From NCBI GenBank assembly GCA_048887225.1, contig JBHLJY010000003.1, positions 96,001 to 160,000 on the forward strand: a stretch of 64,000 bases of DNA, in the 5' to 3' direction. Below are positions 10,160 through 19,573 of the stretch, piece by piece (the first letter of the stretch is position 1; each line of letters begins with the position of its first letter). Below the pieces are notes generated by a model. The model searched no databases and was not told the DNA's origin. It worked only from the letters and a program-made list of their open reading frames with translations. A program made the position numbers and the translations under genes. The DNA comes from Candidatus Hodarchaeota archaeon (GTDB lineage Archaea; Asgardarchaeota; Lokiarchaeia; Sigyniarchaeales; SOKP01).

Positions 10160-11050
10160 ATGGCAAAAAAAATAGTTCTTTCCGCCAAAAAAGAACATGA
10201 TGTTATTATAAATGTTATAAAGAAGCTAAAAGAAATCCAAAATATTGATTTAATTTTACATGATCCAACTGAAGATTTTCTTAACTTAGAAGATATGCAT
10301 AATCAATTTGGAGATGCTGATTTTATAATAGCAAAAGTCGCAAGCGATTGTTCTATTGATTTACTCCATTTTGCTAAACTTTACAAAATTCCTACATTGC
10401 ATGATATTGACACAGTTCTAATGTGTAAAAATAGAGTTGCTCTTGACCATGTTTTAAGAAGAATTTTTAATAAATATTCGAAAGAGTTAGATAAATTTTT
10501 ATTACCAAAATCTTGGACGCATTCCTTATTAAATATAAATAGATTTAAGGAATGGGCTTCTTCACGATTGCCAATAGTTATTAAAAGTCATTATCAACAC
10601 GATAAATACAATCGATTTAATTTCTTGGTTCGGGAAATAGAAGAAGTTAATAAATTTTGTAAATTATATTCAAATTTTTTATACTATGATGTATATATTC
10701 AAGAATTTGTGGAATGTGATGGAATAGAGCTAAAAGTATATGTGGTTGGAGATAAAGTATTTGGAATTAAAAGAGAAAATCCAATTTACATTTTTTTAAG
10801 AGATAAACTCATTTCTATTGATGTTGAGACTATAGAAAGAGTCAAATTTAAAGTCCCAGATGATATGAAAAATTTAGCTAAAGTTCTTGCAAAAGAACTA
10901 AATTTAAAACTATTTGGGTTTGATTTAGTTAAACCTCTTAATCAAGAGGGATATTTTCTAATTGATTTAAACGATTTTCCTGGTTTTAGGGGTATTAACA
11001 ATATTGATAAAGTAATAGCTGACTTTATTAAAAAATATTTAAATCGATGA
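10160..11050 (+). CDS. ATP-grasp protein, ITPK1-like inositol phosphate kinase
   Basis: YIQEFVECDGIELKVYVVGDKV; LFGFDLV...LIDLNDFPGF. ATG at 10160 preferred over the overlapping TTG at 10094. Confidence 0.8.
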   Translation: MAKKIVLSAKKEHDVIINVIKKLKEIQNIDLILHDPTEDFLNLEDMHNQFGDADFIIAKVASDCSIDLLHFAKLYKIPTLHDIDTVLMCKNRVALDHVLRRIFNKYSKELDKFLLPKSWTHSLLNINRFKEWASSRLPIVIKSHYQHDKYNRFNFLVREIEEVNKFCKLYSNFLYYDVYIQEFVECDGIELKVYVVGDKVFGIKRENPIYIFLRDKLISIDVETIERVKFKVPDDMKNLAKVLAKELNLKLFGFDLVKPLNQEGYFLIDLNDFPGFRGINNIDKVIADFIKKYLNR

Positions 11051-11149
11051 GAAGCATAATCTATAAATTTTTATTCAAATTTATTGAGTAAATTCATATC
11101 AAATTTTTTTATATTTTTAAATAACTAAGTTCTATTATTAATAGTAAAA

Positions 11150-12655
11150 ATGTCTCAAAGTGAAGTTTTATTAGATTGGACTTCTCCCCTACAATCGCCT
11201 CCACTTTTTAATTACCTTCGACAAGAAATACCGATTGAAGATCTTCGTGATTATGCTAGTCCTAGAAGGATTAAATCGATAGATTTCGTAAAGGGCTTAG
11301 CAATAATTTTAATTATGATGGCGCACATATCCGAAGCATGGTTAGATTCAGATTGGGTATATATTTACGCAATGATTTTTTGTATAATGGATGTCTTTGG
11401 TCCATCATTATTTATCTTCCTTTCAGCACTCAGCGTAGTTTTTAGTATAAAAAAAAAACAAGGAAAAGTCCACCCTAAAATTATTAGAAACCAAATTCTT
11501 TCGCGTGGAGCGTCAATCGCAGTAATTGGAATGATAATAAATCTAGCATGGTTAAATCAAGGACCTACAGATTATCGCCCAATATTTCCTCTAAGTTTAT
11601 GGGGTTGGAATATTCTTATGTTTTTAGGCTTTTCTCAAGTATTTTCATATTATGCATTAAAATTAACTAAAAAATGGCGGATCATTATCGGCTTAATAAT
11701 TATCTTTATTTCTATGCCCCTTAGACAATTTCTTATATATTACAGAGAAGATTATTTAATGGTTTGGATATTACATTTCATTATAACTTCGCCTGCTCCT
11801 CAATTGCCGCTTTTTCCTTGGCTTTCAATATGTTTTTTATCTACAATATTCGGTGAATATCTGTACGAGGCAATGATTGAAGGAACTGAAGATGCTTATG
11901 TAGGACTCATTCGGATTTTTCTATTCTGGGGGGTAATATTTATAATTTTTGGAGTTATTGCTCCCTCTATAAATTTGGGATTACCCCCTAAAATATCTTG
12001 GGGATGGGAACTACAAACCACCGAAACGATGAATATGAATGAATATCCCCATTTATACGTCTTGGGTATTATGAACCAGCAAAAATATTATAAATTTCAT
12101 GGAATTCCTCTATTTTTAATAAGGAGTACAACAGCAAATATGATTTATAATTTAGGCGCAGCTCTGTTAATCATTGGAATTTTCTTCTATATTATTGATT
12201 TAAAGAAGAAAGAAAATAATTTTACCTCAATGTTAATATATTACGGAAAAGTGTCGTTAAGTCTATTTCTCATACATTTTATTTTTATTCTGATTTTCGT
12301 TAGTCAATTTAGTATAGTAGTATTTCCGTTTGTTATTCTCGCTTATGTGGGATTAATGGGCTTTTCTATGTATATATGGAATGAGTATGGTAATGGGGTA
12401 GGTTCTCCAGAATGGGTGATGATACAAATCAGCAGAATCGGTCAAAAGACAGGAGAACAAGTCAAAAGAGAACTTAGAAAAACGGAGGATTTAATTAAAA
12501 ACTTTACAAAAATGATAATGCCTAAAAAGACTTTACAAAAGATGGAGGACTTTATAGCGGAGAGAAAAGAAAAGAGATTAGAAAAAATAAGGAAACAAGA
12601 ATTAAGAAAAAAGAGAAAAAAGCTTGAAGATAGAGTTGGTCATATAGAAGATTAA
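11150..12655 (+). CDS. DUF1624/HGSNAT-like membrane acyltransferase-family protein
   Basis: RRIKSIDFVKGLAIILIMMAH, LFIFLSALS, PLFPWL; ~10-11 TM; basic C-tail. Confidence 0.7.
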   Translation: MSQSEVLLDWTSPLQSPPLFNYLRQEIPIEDLRDYASPRRIKSIDFVKGLAIILIMMAHISEAWLDSDWVYIYAMIFCIMDVFGPSLFIFLSALSVVFSIKKKQGKVHPKIIRNQILSRGASIAVIGMIINLAWLNQGPTDYRPIFPLSLWGWNILMFLGFSQVFSYYALKLTKKWRIIIGLIIIFISMPLRQFLIYYREDYLMVWILHFIITSPAPQLPLFPWLSICFLSTIFGEYLYEAMIEGTEDAYVGLIRIFLFWGVIFIIFGVIAPSINLGLPPKISWGWELQTTETMNMNEYPHLYVLGIMNQQKYYKFHGIPLFLIRSTTANMIYNLGAALLIIGIFFYIIDLKKKENNFTSMLIYYGKVSLSLFLIHFIFILIFVSQFSIVVFPFVILAYVGLMGFSMYIWNEYGNGVGSPEWVMIQISRIGQKTGEQVKRELRKTEDLIKNFTKMIMPKKTLQKMEDFIAERKEKRLEKIRKQELRKKRKKLEDRVGHIED

Positions 12656-12706
12656 TTTCTTTTAACAATTCAAAATTCTTTTTATTTATCTTAAAATTCT
12701 TTAATT

Positions 12707-13186
12707 TTAACAAGAAAATTTTTCTAAACCTTTCATTAAACATTCTGTAATTTCGTCCCGAGCAATTCTAAATCCTTCTATTCCTTTCATAGAGGGATCT
12801 GCAATATCACCGTATTCACCTGCGAATTCTTTTATTGTAAAGACCTCTTTATTATCAACTTCTTCATATTTCAGTATTTCTTCTTTATGCTCCTTAGTAA
12901 GGGTTAATATTAAATCTGCCTTTTTAATTAATCCTTTATGTCTTTTTAAATCGAAAGACTTAGATTTATCAGATAAATTAATTCCAATTTCTTCCATTGC
13001 TAATTTAGCATCCATTGAAATCAACATTCCGTCCCTTGCATTTGAAGCAATACCTCCTGAATTAACCTTAACCTCTAAATTATTTTTTAAGAAATAGTCT
13101 TTTAATAAACCCTCAGCCATACAACTTCTCGCAGTATTAACACTACAGACAACTAAAATAGATTTGTATGGAAAATCATTAACCAT
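12707..13186 (-). CDS. low-molecular-weight protein phosphatase (LMW-PTP/ArsC/YwlE family)
   Basis: VCSVNTARS P-loop, ADLILTL, DIADP. Confidence 0.85.
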   Translation of the reverse strand: MVNDFPYKSILVVCSVNTARSCMAEGLLKDYFLKNNLEVKVNSGGIASNARDGMLISMDAKLAMEEIGINLSDKSKSFDLKRHKGLIKKADLILTLTKEHKEEILKYEEVDNKEVFTIKEFAGEYGDIADPSMKGIEGFRIARDEITECLMKGLEKFSC

Positions 13187-13233
13187 GATTTAGAAAAAGA
13201 TAACTATCATTAATTTTTTATCTATGAAAATAA

Positions 13234-13911
13234 TTAGTTTTTGAAACTGTCTTTATTCGCAAATTTAATACTTTTATTAACCATATTTTCTAAGGAGTTT
13301 GAAATGTTTCCAGGAGGGAGATCAATTCCTTTTGTCAAATCAACTAAGAAATATACTTCAAATCCTAAATCAACACCATCTATGGCAGTAAAATAACAAC
13401 AATAATCTAATGCTAATCCACACACAAAAATCTTGTCAATTCCTAAAGATCTTAATTTATTAGCTAAGCCTGTTTCTGATTTCTTATCATTTTCGATGAA
13501 TCCTGAATAACTGTCAATTTCAGGATTCATTCCTTTTTGGATAATTGCATCCGCCAAATTTTTTTTTAAATCCTTATGAAAGTCTGCACCTATAGAATCT
13601 TGTACACAATGGTCTGGCCATAATATGGGGCCAATTCCCTCTGATTGAAATTCATCGCCCGCATTTTTATTTAGATGTTGACTTGCAAAAGACTTATGAT
13701 TTTTCGGGTGCCAATCTTGAGTTAAAACCACTTTTCCATTTTTTTTTTTGAAAAAATCTGCAACTTTATTTATCCCATCTACTATTAGATCGCCTTCTTC
13801 TACAGGCAAAGCACCATTAGGCATAAAATCATTTTGCATATCAACTATGATTAGAGCATCTTTAATGTTAATCTCAATTTCTTTATCAATCTTTAAATCT
13901 TCAATATTCAT
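13234..13911 (-). CDS. pncA: nicotinamidase/pyrazinamidase
   Basis: VDMQNDF, QDWHP, WPDHC, KG..DSYSGF, GLALDYC. Confidence 0.92.
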   Translation of the reverse strand: MNIEDLKIDKEIEINIKDALIIVDMQNDFMPNGALPVEEGDLIVDGINKVADFFKKKNGKVVLTQDWHPKNHKSFASQHLNKNAGDEFQSEGIGPILWPDHCVQDSIGADFHKDLKKNLADAIIQKGMNPEIDSYSGFIENDKKSETGLANKLRSLGIDKIFVCGLALDYCCYFTAIDGVDLGFEVYFLVDLTKGIDLPPGNISNSLENMVNKSIKFANKDSFKN

Positions 13912-14004
13912 TTTTATCCTGAAATTTGCTTTTCTTAATTATTACAAAATATTTTTTTTAATAAATAAACCTAGTTCCTATGAAATGAAATAGAAAGACA
14001 ATTT

Positions 14005-14634
14005 CTACACTTTCAATCTTTTATAAAGAGTGTATATACTAATTTCTATAGTCCAAGCGCCTAAAACGAAAAAAACGATCCATTCTACTATAGACCATCT
14101 TACTGCTATATAAAAAATAATTAATCCAGCAGTGATAAATCCGAAATATGCATGCATCTTTGAAAATTTATTTTCTCTTAACATTATTAAACTAAAATAG
14201 ATAAGTGATAAACATTCACCTACAAAAAATATAACTGCTAACATAGCATGAATTACAATCATAACTAAATTTATTACTGGGAAAAAGGCTATTAATGATA
14301 AAGCTATACAACTCGTTATAGATATTTTTACAGCTCGCTTTGTTAATTTCTTATTCTCGTTTTCTTGCTGTAAAATTCGTCCAAGAAAAATAACAAATGG
14401 TATAGCAAAAACACCTATCAAAATTAAACCTATTGCAAAAAATATCGCTGCTAACCCAGGACCTATTCCTAAAACACTAACATCATTATTTATCATGTCA
14501 TAACCAGGAAAATTTGAATATGAAAGAAATACGAATAGGGAACCAAAGCAGGTTGATAATAATCCATAAATCCCCCCTGGAATCTTTAGCAGTTTATCTA
14601 CAAATTTATTTAATTTTTCTATATTTTTCACCAA
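14005..14634 (-). CDS. DUF998-like membrane protein
   Basis: NDVSVLG, FFP, H..LA; ~6-7 TM; paralog of the next gene. Confidence 0.65.
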   Translation of the reverse strand: MVKNIEKLNKFVDKLLKIPGGIYGLLSTCFGSLFVFLSYSNFPGYDMINNDVSVLGIGPGLAAIFFAIGLILIGVFAIPFVIFLGRILQQENENKKLTKRAVKISITSCIALSLIAFFPVINLVMIVIHAMLAVIFFVGECLSLIYFSLIMLRENKFSKMHAYFGFITAGLIIFYIAVRWSIVEWIVFFVLGAWTIEISIYTLYKRLKV

Positions 14635-14637
14635 ATC

Positions 14638-15249
14638 TTAAAGCTTATAATATAGCAGATATAGTGAATTAACAGCTATCCATGATATTATGGCAAAAGT
14701 CGCGATCCATTCTGTTATTGGTCGCCATGTAAGTAAAAATAAAATATATGTCCCAGCGACAATAAATCCATAGTAAGCTTGCAAGTTCATATATTTACTA
14801 TCCCTTAACATTAGAATACTAAATAATGTTAAATAAATTGCTCCGCTTGCCAAAGATATAAACGCAAACGTTCCATGAGTGATAAAAATAATGTAATTTT
14901 CTTCAATAGATGGGAAAACACCAACTAAGACATATGCAATAATCGAAATGAGCGAGAAAATTATTGCACTTTTTCTCAGAATTGGATTTACACGTTCTAC
15001 ATCGAAAGATCTGTAAAGAGAAATATAATATGGAATAGAAACGATGCCCGAAATTACTAATCCGAGATTAAAAAATATCCCGTAAGGCCCACGTCCTAGT
15101 TCTGATATCATATTTTCAAAGAAGCTATAACCTCCTGGAAATAAAACGATCGATATTATGTCTCCGCTTAATACTATAACAACCGATATAAGTCCAAATA
15201 TTCCTCCCGGGAATATTTTGAAGAACTGATCCATTTTTGTGTTTTCCAT
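14638..15249 (-). CDS. DUF998-like membrane protein
   Basis: YSFFENMISELG, FNLGLVISG, GVFP, THGTFA. Confidence 0.7.
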   Translation of the reverse strand: MENTKMDQFFKIFPGGIFGLISVVIVLSGDIISIVLFPGGYSFFENMISELGRGPYGIFFNLGLVISGIVSIPYYISLYRSFDVERVNPILRKSAIIFSLISIIAYVLVGVFPSIEENYIIFITHGTFAFISLASGAIYLTLFSILMLRDSKYMNLQAYYGFIVAGTYILFLLTWRPITEWIATFAIISWIAVNSLYLLYYKL

Positions 15250-15338
15250 ATCAATAATATATTTTACCTTAATTTTTAAAAATTTTTTTATAATTCATTT
15301 AACATTAAAAATATCAAATTAATTGAATCAAGAAATAA

Positions 15339-16496
15339 TTAATAAATTGTAAATCTATGTTTCGCTTGTTCCTGACTTTTTAATGTTTTCTTTCTGATTT
15401 CTTTATTAATTAGCCCTTCGATATGGCATAAATATTCATATTCATCCTTTAAAACTAAGGTAATTGCATATCCTTTTTTACTCATTCGCGAAGTTCTCCC
15501 AATACGATGTATATAAACCTCTGGGAATTTGGGGATATCATAATTAATTACATGAGAAATATTATCTATGTCTAGGCCTCTTGCTGCAACGTCGGTTGCT
15601 ATTAACATGTTAACTTTATATTCTCTGAATTCTTTTAAGATTTCTTCACGTTGAAATTGTGATAATTTACCTGATATTAATCCAACTTTGTAACCTGTTT
15701 TTTTTGAAGTTAACCTATTATATAACCAATTTGCAGTTTTTTTCGTATTAACAAATATAAGGGCATGTGTGGGTTTCTCTTTTCTCAAGATTTCAAGAAA
15801 ATTTCTAAATTTTTCTTCATAGAAATCAATTAAGTAATAATATTGTTGAGTACTCCTTACTGTTAAATCATCCCTACTCAAATTGAGAAATTTAAATCTG
15901 TTTCCTGAGTATTTTTTGACTAATTGCCTAATATCGTAATCTAAAGTTGCTGAAAATAGCATAAATTGATAATTTGTTTTAATTTGGTTTAAGATATATT
16001 TAACATCGGGTGCAAAACCCATATCCCAGAGCCGATCTGCCTCATCGAGAACGACAAATCTAATATTATTAAATCTTAAATTTCTTCTTTTCCATAAATC
16101 AATGAGTCTTCCAGGAGTTCCAACAATAACATGTACACCTTTCTCCAATTTTTTGATTTGATTATTAATTGAGACTCCACCGTAAATGGTCATAGATTTA
16201 ACTCTCTTATCTCCCATATCTTCAATAACTTGATTAATCTGTTTTGCGAGTTCACGCGTTGGAACTATAATAAGAGCTTCGACATCTTTGAATGTTAATT
16301 TTTCTTTAATTGGAACTATAAATGCTAATGTTTTACCTGTACCCGTCTTCGATTGAGCCATAATATTATATCCTTGCAAAATAAGCGGTACTGCCTTTTT
16401 TTGTACAGGAGTGGGGACAGTAATATTCAAATTTTTTAAAGCGTTAACATTTTTAGCGCTAATACCTAAATCCTCGAAATTCAAATCAAAATTCAC
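15339..16496 (-). CDS. DEAD-box RNA helicase
   Basis: Q motif, SKTGTGKT, PTRELA, DEAD, SAT, ARGLD, HRIGRTSR. Confidence 0.95.
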   Translation of the reverse strand: MNFDLNFEDLGISAKNVNALKNLNITVPTPVQKKAVPLILQGYNIMAQSKTGTGKTLAFIVPIKEKLTFKDVEALIIVPTRELAKQINQVIEDMGDKRVKSMTIYGGVSINNQIKKLEKGVHVIVGTPGRLIDLWKRRNLRFNNIRFVVLDEADRLWDMGFAPDVKYILNQIKTNYQFMLFSATLDYDIRQLVKKYSGNRFKFLNLSRDDLTVRSTQQYYYLIDFYEEKFRNFLEILRKEKPTHALIFVNTKKTANWLYNRLTSKKTGYKVGLISGKLSQFQREEILKEFREYKVNMLIATDVAARGLDIDNISHVINYDIPKFPEVYIHRIGRTSRMSKKGYAITLVLKDEYEYLCHIEGLINKEIRKKTLKSQEQAKHRFTIY

Positions 16497-16709
16497 AATA
16501 TTTCCTTGTTTTTAACACACTTTTTCAATTATTTGAAATCATTTAAAACAATTAAACTTATTCAAAACCATAAAGCGAAAAATTTAGTTCGTGAAATTTA
16601 GTTTTTAAATTAATTTAATTTTTCTAGAGAATTTTAGTAATCTTTTTACGCAAATTATTATTATTTTCTCTTAATATAAGGAAAATTTCTTGATTTAGTA
16701 TAATATAAA

Positions 16710-17069
16710 GTGAAAAGTATGAGATCAAAAGTAAAATTTTTTCTATTAATTGCTATATTTCAAGTGTTTCTACTCATTGTAGTGCTTTCAAGCGTAAATG
16801 GATTAATAATATTTGTTGCTGCACAGCAAGCTGGTACTGTCACCAATCCCGTTACGGCTGGTGTACTGGCTATTGCAGCAGCAATCGCAGTGGGAGCATC
16901 TGTGATGGCTAGTGCTTGGGCAATAAGAACGGTTGGTACCGCTGCGATATCTTCTCTGACAGAACGCGAAGAAACATTTTTTAAAGCATTCTTAATTGTA
17001 GCACTTGCTGAAGCGCTGGCAGTCTATGGCTTAATCGTTGCGATACTTTTATGGACAAAAATCGGTTAA
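16710..17069 (+). CDS. atpK: A/V-type ATPase proteolipid subunit K (c)
   Basis: Hairpin with VALAEALAVYGLIVA carboxylate plus an extra N-terminal hydrophobic segment; ATG at 16719 is an alternative start. Confidence 0.9.
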   Translation: MKSMRSKVKFFLLIAIFQVFLLIVVLSSVNGLIIFVAAQQAGTVTNPVTAGVLAIAAAIAVGASVMASAWAIRTVGTAAISSLTEREETFFKAFLIVALAEALAVYGLIVAILLWTKIG

Positions 17070-17120
17070 ACAACGTTTCAATTAATTAAATTAATAATCT
17101 CTATTTTTGGTGATTAACTA

Positions 17121-18179
17121 ACGAGTATTATTGTTCCTTCTTATACTTATACATATATTAAACTGGATTTTTTAAAACAGTTAATAATGGATGACGATAT
17201 GTTAAAAAAACTGAGAGAGATTGATGATATAAAAGAATTTATTGATTTTATAAGTCCATATTACCCTAATATAAAAGTTAAGAATTATACAATAGAAGAA
17301 ATCGAAAAATCACTCTATAATACGTTTATTAAGTTGATTGGAAAACTTATTTTTTATTCACCTAAAAATATGAGACGCTTTTTAAGAGATTATTTATTGC
17401 AATTTGAAATTATGAATATTAAACAAATCATTCTTGGATCAATAATAGGTTTGAATAAAAAAGCTATATCAGAAAAAGTCAATTTTTTGACCGAGAAATT
17501 ATTAGGTAATGTAGAATTTGTAAATAACTTGCTTGAAATTTCTTCTTTAGACGAAATTCAATTGTTTATGAAAGGTACTAAATATTATAAAGTAATAAGA
17601 GAAGGTTTGCTTTACTTTAAAAATTATAATGAAGTTTTCGTATTAGAGGCTTTTTTAGATCAACTATATTATATAAACATGATAAGGGAGGAAAAAACCT
17701 TTTCTAGAAAAGAAAGAAAAATAATAAATTTATATATAGACAGTATAACTGAGATTTATAACTTAAATGTAATTTATAGAGGCATACTAAATAAAATCGA
17801 TAAAAAATTATTATCTCAATTCTTAGTTGAAAATTACCTTTTTTTGGATAAGAGTAAAATTGAGAATCTATTAAATCAAGAAAATTTTAACGAGTTTATT
17901 TCTAATATTAAAGAGATTTTTAGTAATGTTAAAGGTATAAAGAAATTCTATGATATACGTGGTATTAATATAGAGCATCTATATTGGTGGATTGAGGGAT
18001 TGTATATAAATTATTTTTTTAATAAATTTAAACCAAAATTCGATGATATTGATTATTCGACGATACTTAAAGTTATTGAGATTTTAATAAAAAAACAAAA
18101 AGAGATTCAATTTGATATATTACCTAATGCCATTAAAATTATTCACAAAAAATTTGAAATATTAGAGGAAAGCGGTTGA
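17121..18179 (+). CDS. atpC: A/V-type ATPase subunit C (d)
   Basis: EIMNIKQII, LEAFLDQLYY, EIYNLNVIYRG. Frame is open upstream of ATG 17187 to 17118 and encodes SYTYTYIKL; exact start uncertain. Confidence 0.75.
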   Translation, partial: TSIIVPSYTYTYIKLDFLKQLIMDDDMLKKLREIDDIKEFIDFISPYYPNIKVKNYTIEEIEKSLYNTFIKLIGKLIFYSPKNMRRFLRDYLLQFEIMNIKQIILGSIIGLNKKAISEKVNFLTEKLLGNVEFVNNLLEISSLDEIQLFMKGTKYYKVIREGLLYFKNYNEVFVLEAFLDQLYYINMIREEKTFSRKERKIINLYIDSITEIYNLNVIYRGILNKIDKKLLSQFLVENYLFLDKSKIENLLNQENFNEFISNIKEIFSNVKGIKKFYDIRGINIEHLYWWIEGLYINYFFNKFKPKFDDIDYSTILKVIEILIKKQKEIQFDILPNAIKIIHKKFEILEESG

Positions 18180-18186
18180 ATAAATA

Positions 18187-18498
18187 ATGGAAATATTTAA
18201 ATGGGCTAGTGAAATAGAGAAAGTCTACAAGGACTTAATTGATGATGCTAAAGAAGCAAGTTTTGCTGAACTTCAAGCTTTAAGAAATAATCAAGAAAAG
18301 ATGACAGAATATGCGATTAACCAAAAAAGAGAACTTGTAAATTTAGCTTTAAAAAACCTTTCAGAAGAAGTAGATAAAAGAATTAACAAATATAAAAATG
18401 AACTAAATAATGTTATAAAAAATATTGAAGAAAAATATCAAAAAAATAAAAAGAACTTGCAAAAATTAATTATTGAAGATTTAGGATTAGATTTTTAA
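18187..18498 (+). CDS. atpH: A/V-type ATPase peripheral stalk subunit H (G)
   Basis: 103-aa coiled coil inside the ATPase operon. Confidence 0.65.
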   Translation: MEIFKWASEIEKVYKDLIDDAKEASFAELQALRNNQEKMTEYAINQKRELVNLALKNLSEEVDKRINKYKNELNNVIKNIEEKYQKNKKNLQKLIIEDLGLDF

Positions 18499-18818
18499 TG
18501 GCTGATAATGAAATTTTTGTTATAGGTTATGATGAAATCGTTTTATTATTAGGGCTACTAGGAATAGAAGGCATAGTTCTTGAAAATCAAGATAAGTTTT
18601 TAAAAACCTTTAATGATATAATAAAAAAACCTTCAATAGGGATGGTGATTGTTGCTTTGGATTTGCCTGACAATATTATTGATTTTTTAATAGATTTTAA
18701 ATTAAATAATAGAAGGCCTTTTATATTTTATTTGCCAGACATTTTCAAACCAAATATTGAAAACGAAAATATTTTTTTGAAAAGAATTAGTGAATTGTTA
18801 AGTGAAATTCTATCATAG
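18498..18818 (+). CDS. atpF: A/V-type ATPase subunit F
   Basis: IFVIG.DE.VLLLGLLGIEG; size and operon context. Confidence 0.85.
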   Translation: MADNEIFVIGYDEIVLLLGLLGIEGIVLENQDKFLKTFNDIIKKPSIGMVIVALDLPDNIIDFLIDFKLNNRRPFIFYLPDIFKPNIENENIFLKRISELLSEILS

Positions 18819-18868
18819 GGGAAAAATAAATCGAAGGAAGATGGATTAATATTTCAGAAGAGAAAGAT

Positions 18869-19573
18869 TTGAAGGAAAGATTTGGAAATCTTGGATTATA
18901 TCTAATTGAAAAAGCTAAAGAAGAGATCAGAGCGGTAAACCGCCAAGCTCTATTTCAAAAGGCAGAAATCAGAAAAAGATACATAGAAAGAGCCAACGAA
19001 AATTCATTAAAAATAAGAAAGCAATTTATTAAGACGTATAATCAATACCTAAATAATATATTGTCAGAAACACTCCTCAAATCCAAAGAAAAAATTTTAG
19101 ATTTAAAAAATAGAATTTTAGAAGATTTAAAAAACTCTATAAATCACTTTATAAAGGAAAAAATAAATAAAAATTACACAAATTACATAAATTTCTTATT
19201 AAATATATTTAGAAGCTACAAGAGTTTTATTGATAAATCATCCAAAATAATTATACTATTTAACTCTAAAGATTTCGATTATTTTAGCAAATCTTCTGTA
19301 AAAATAAAAAATCTGTTTAAAAATGACATTGAAATACAGAAATATTCAGAAGAACTTATTGGAGGTTTTAAAGTTAAGTTATTTAAAGGAACAATATACT
19401 ACGATTATTCAATAGATAATTTAATAAATGAAAGTTCGTCGCATATTCAAAAAAATTTTTCAACATTAGTTACTGATCCTGAGATCAAAGATATTGAGCA
19501 TAATTTTGAGGAATTCATTCAAAATAAAAAATTAGGTATAAAGGATTATTTAAAAGATTATGACCGAATCTGA
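18869..19573 (+). CDS. atpE: A/V-type ATPase subunit E
   Basis: N-terminal coiled coil; IGGFKV...IYYDYSIDNL. Confidence 0.8.
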   Translation: MKERFGNLGLYLIEKAKEEIRAVNRQALFQKAEIRKRYIERANENSLKIRKQFIKTYNQYLNNILSETLLKSKEKILDLKNRILEDLKNSINHFIKEKINKNYTNYINFLLNIFRSYKSFIDKSSKIIILFNSKDFDYFSKSSVKIKNLFKNDIEIQKYSEELIGGFKVKLFKGTIYYDYSIDNLINESSSHIQKNFSTLVTDPEIKDIEHNFEEFIQNKKLGIKDYLKDYDRI

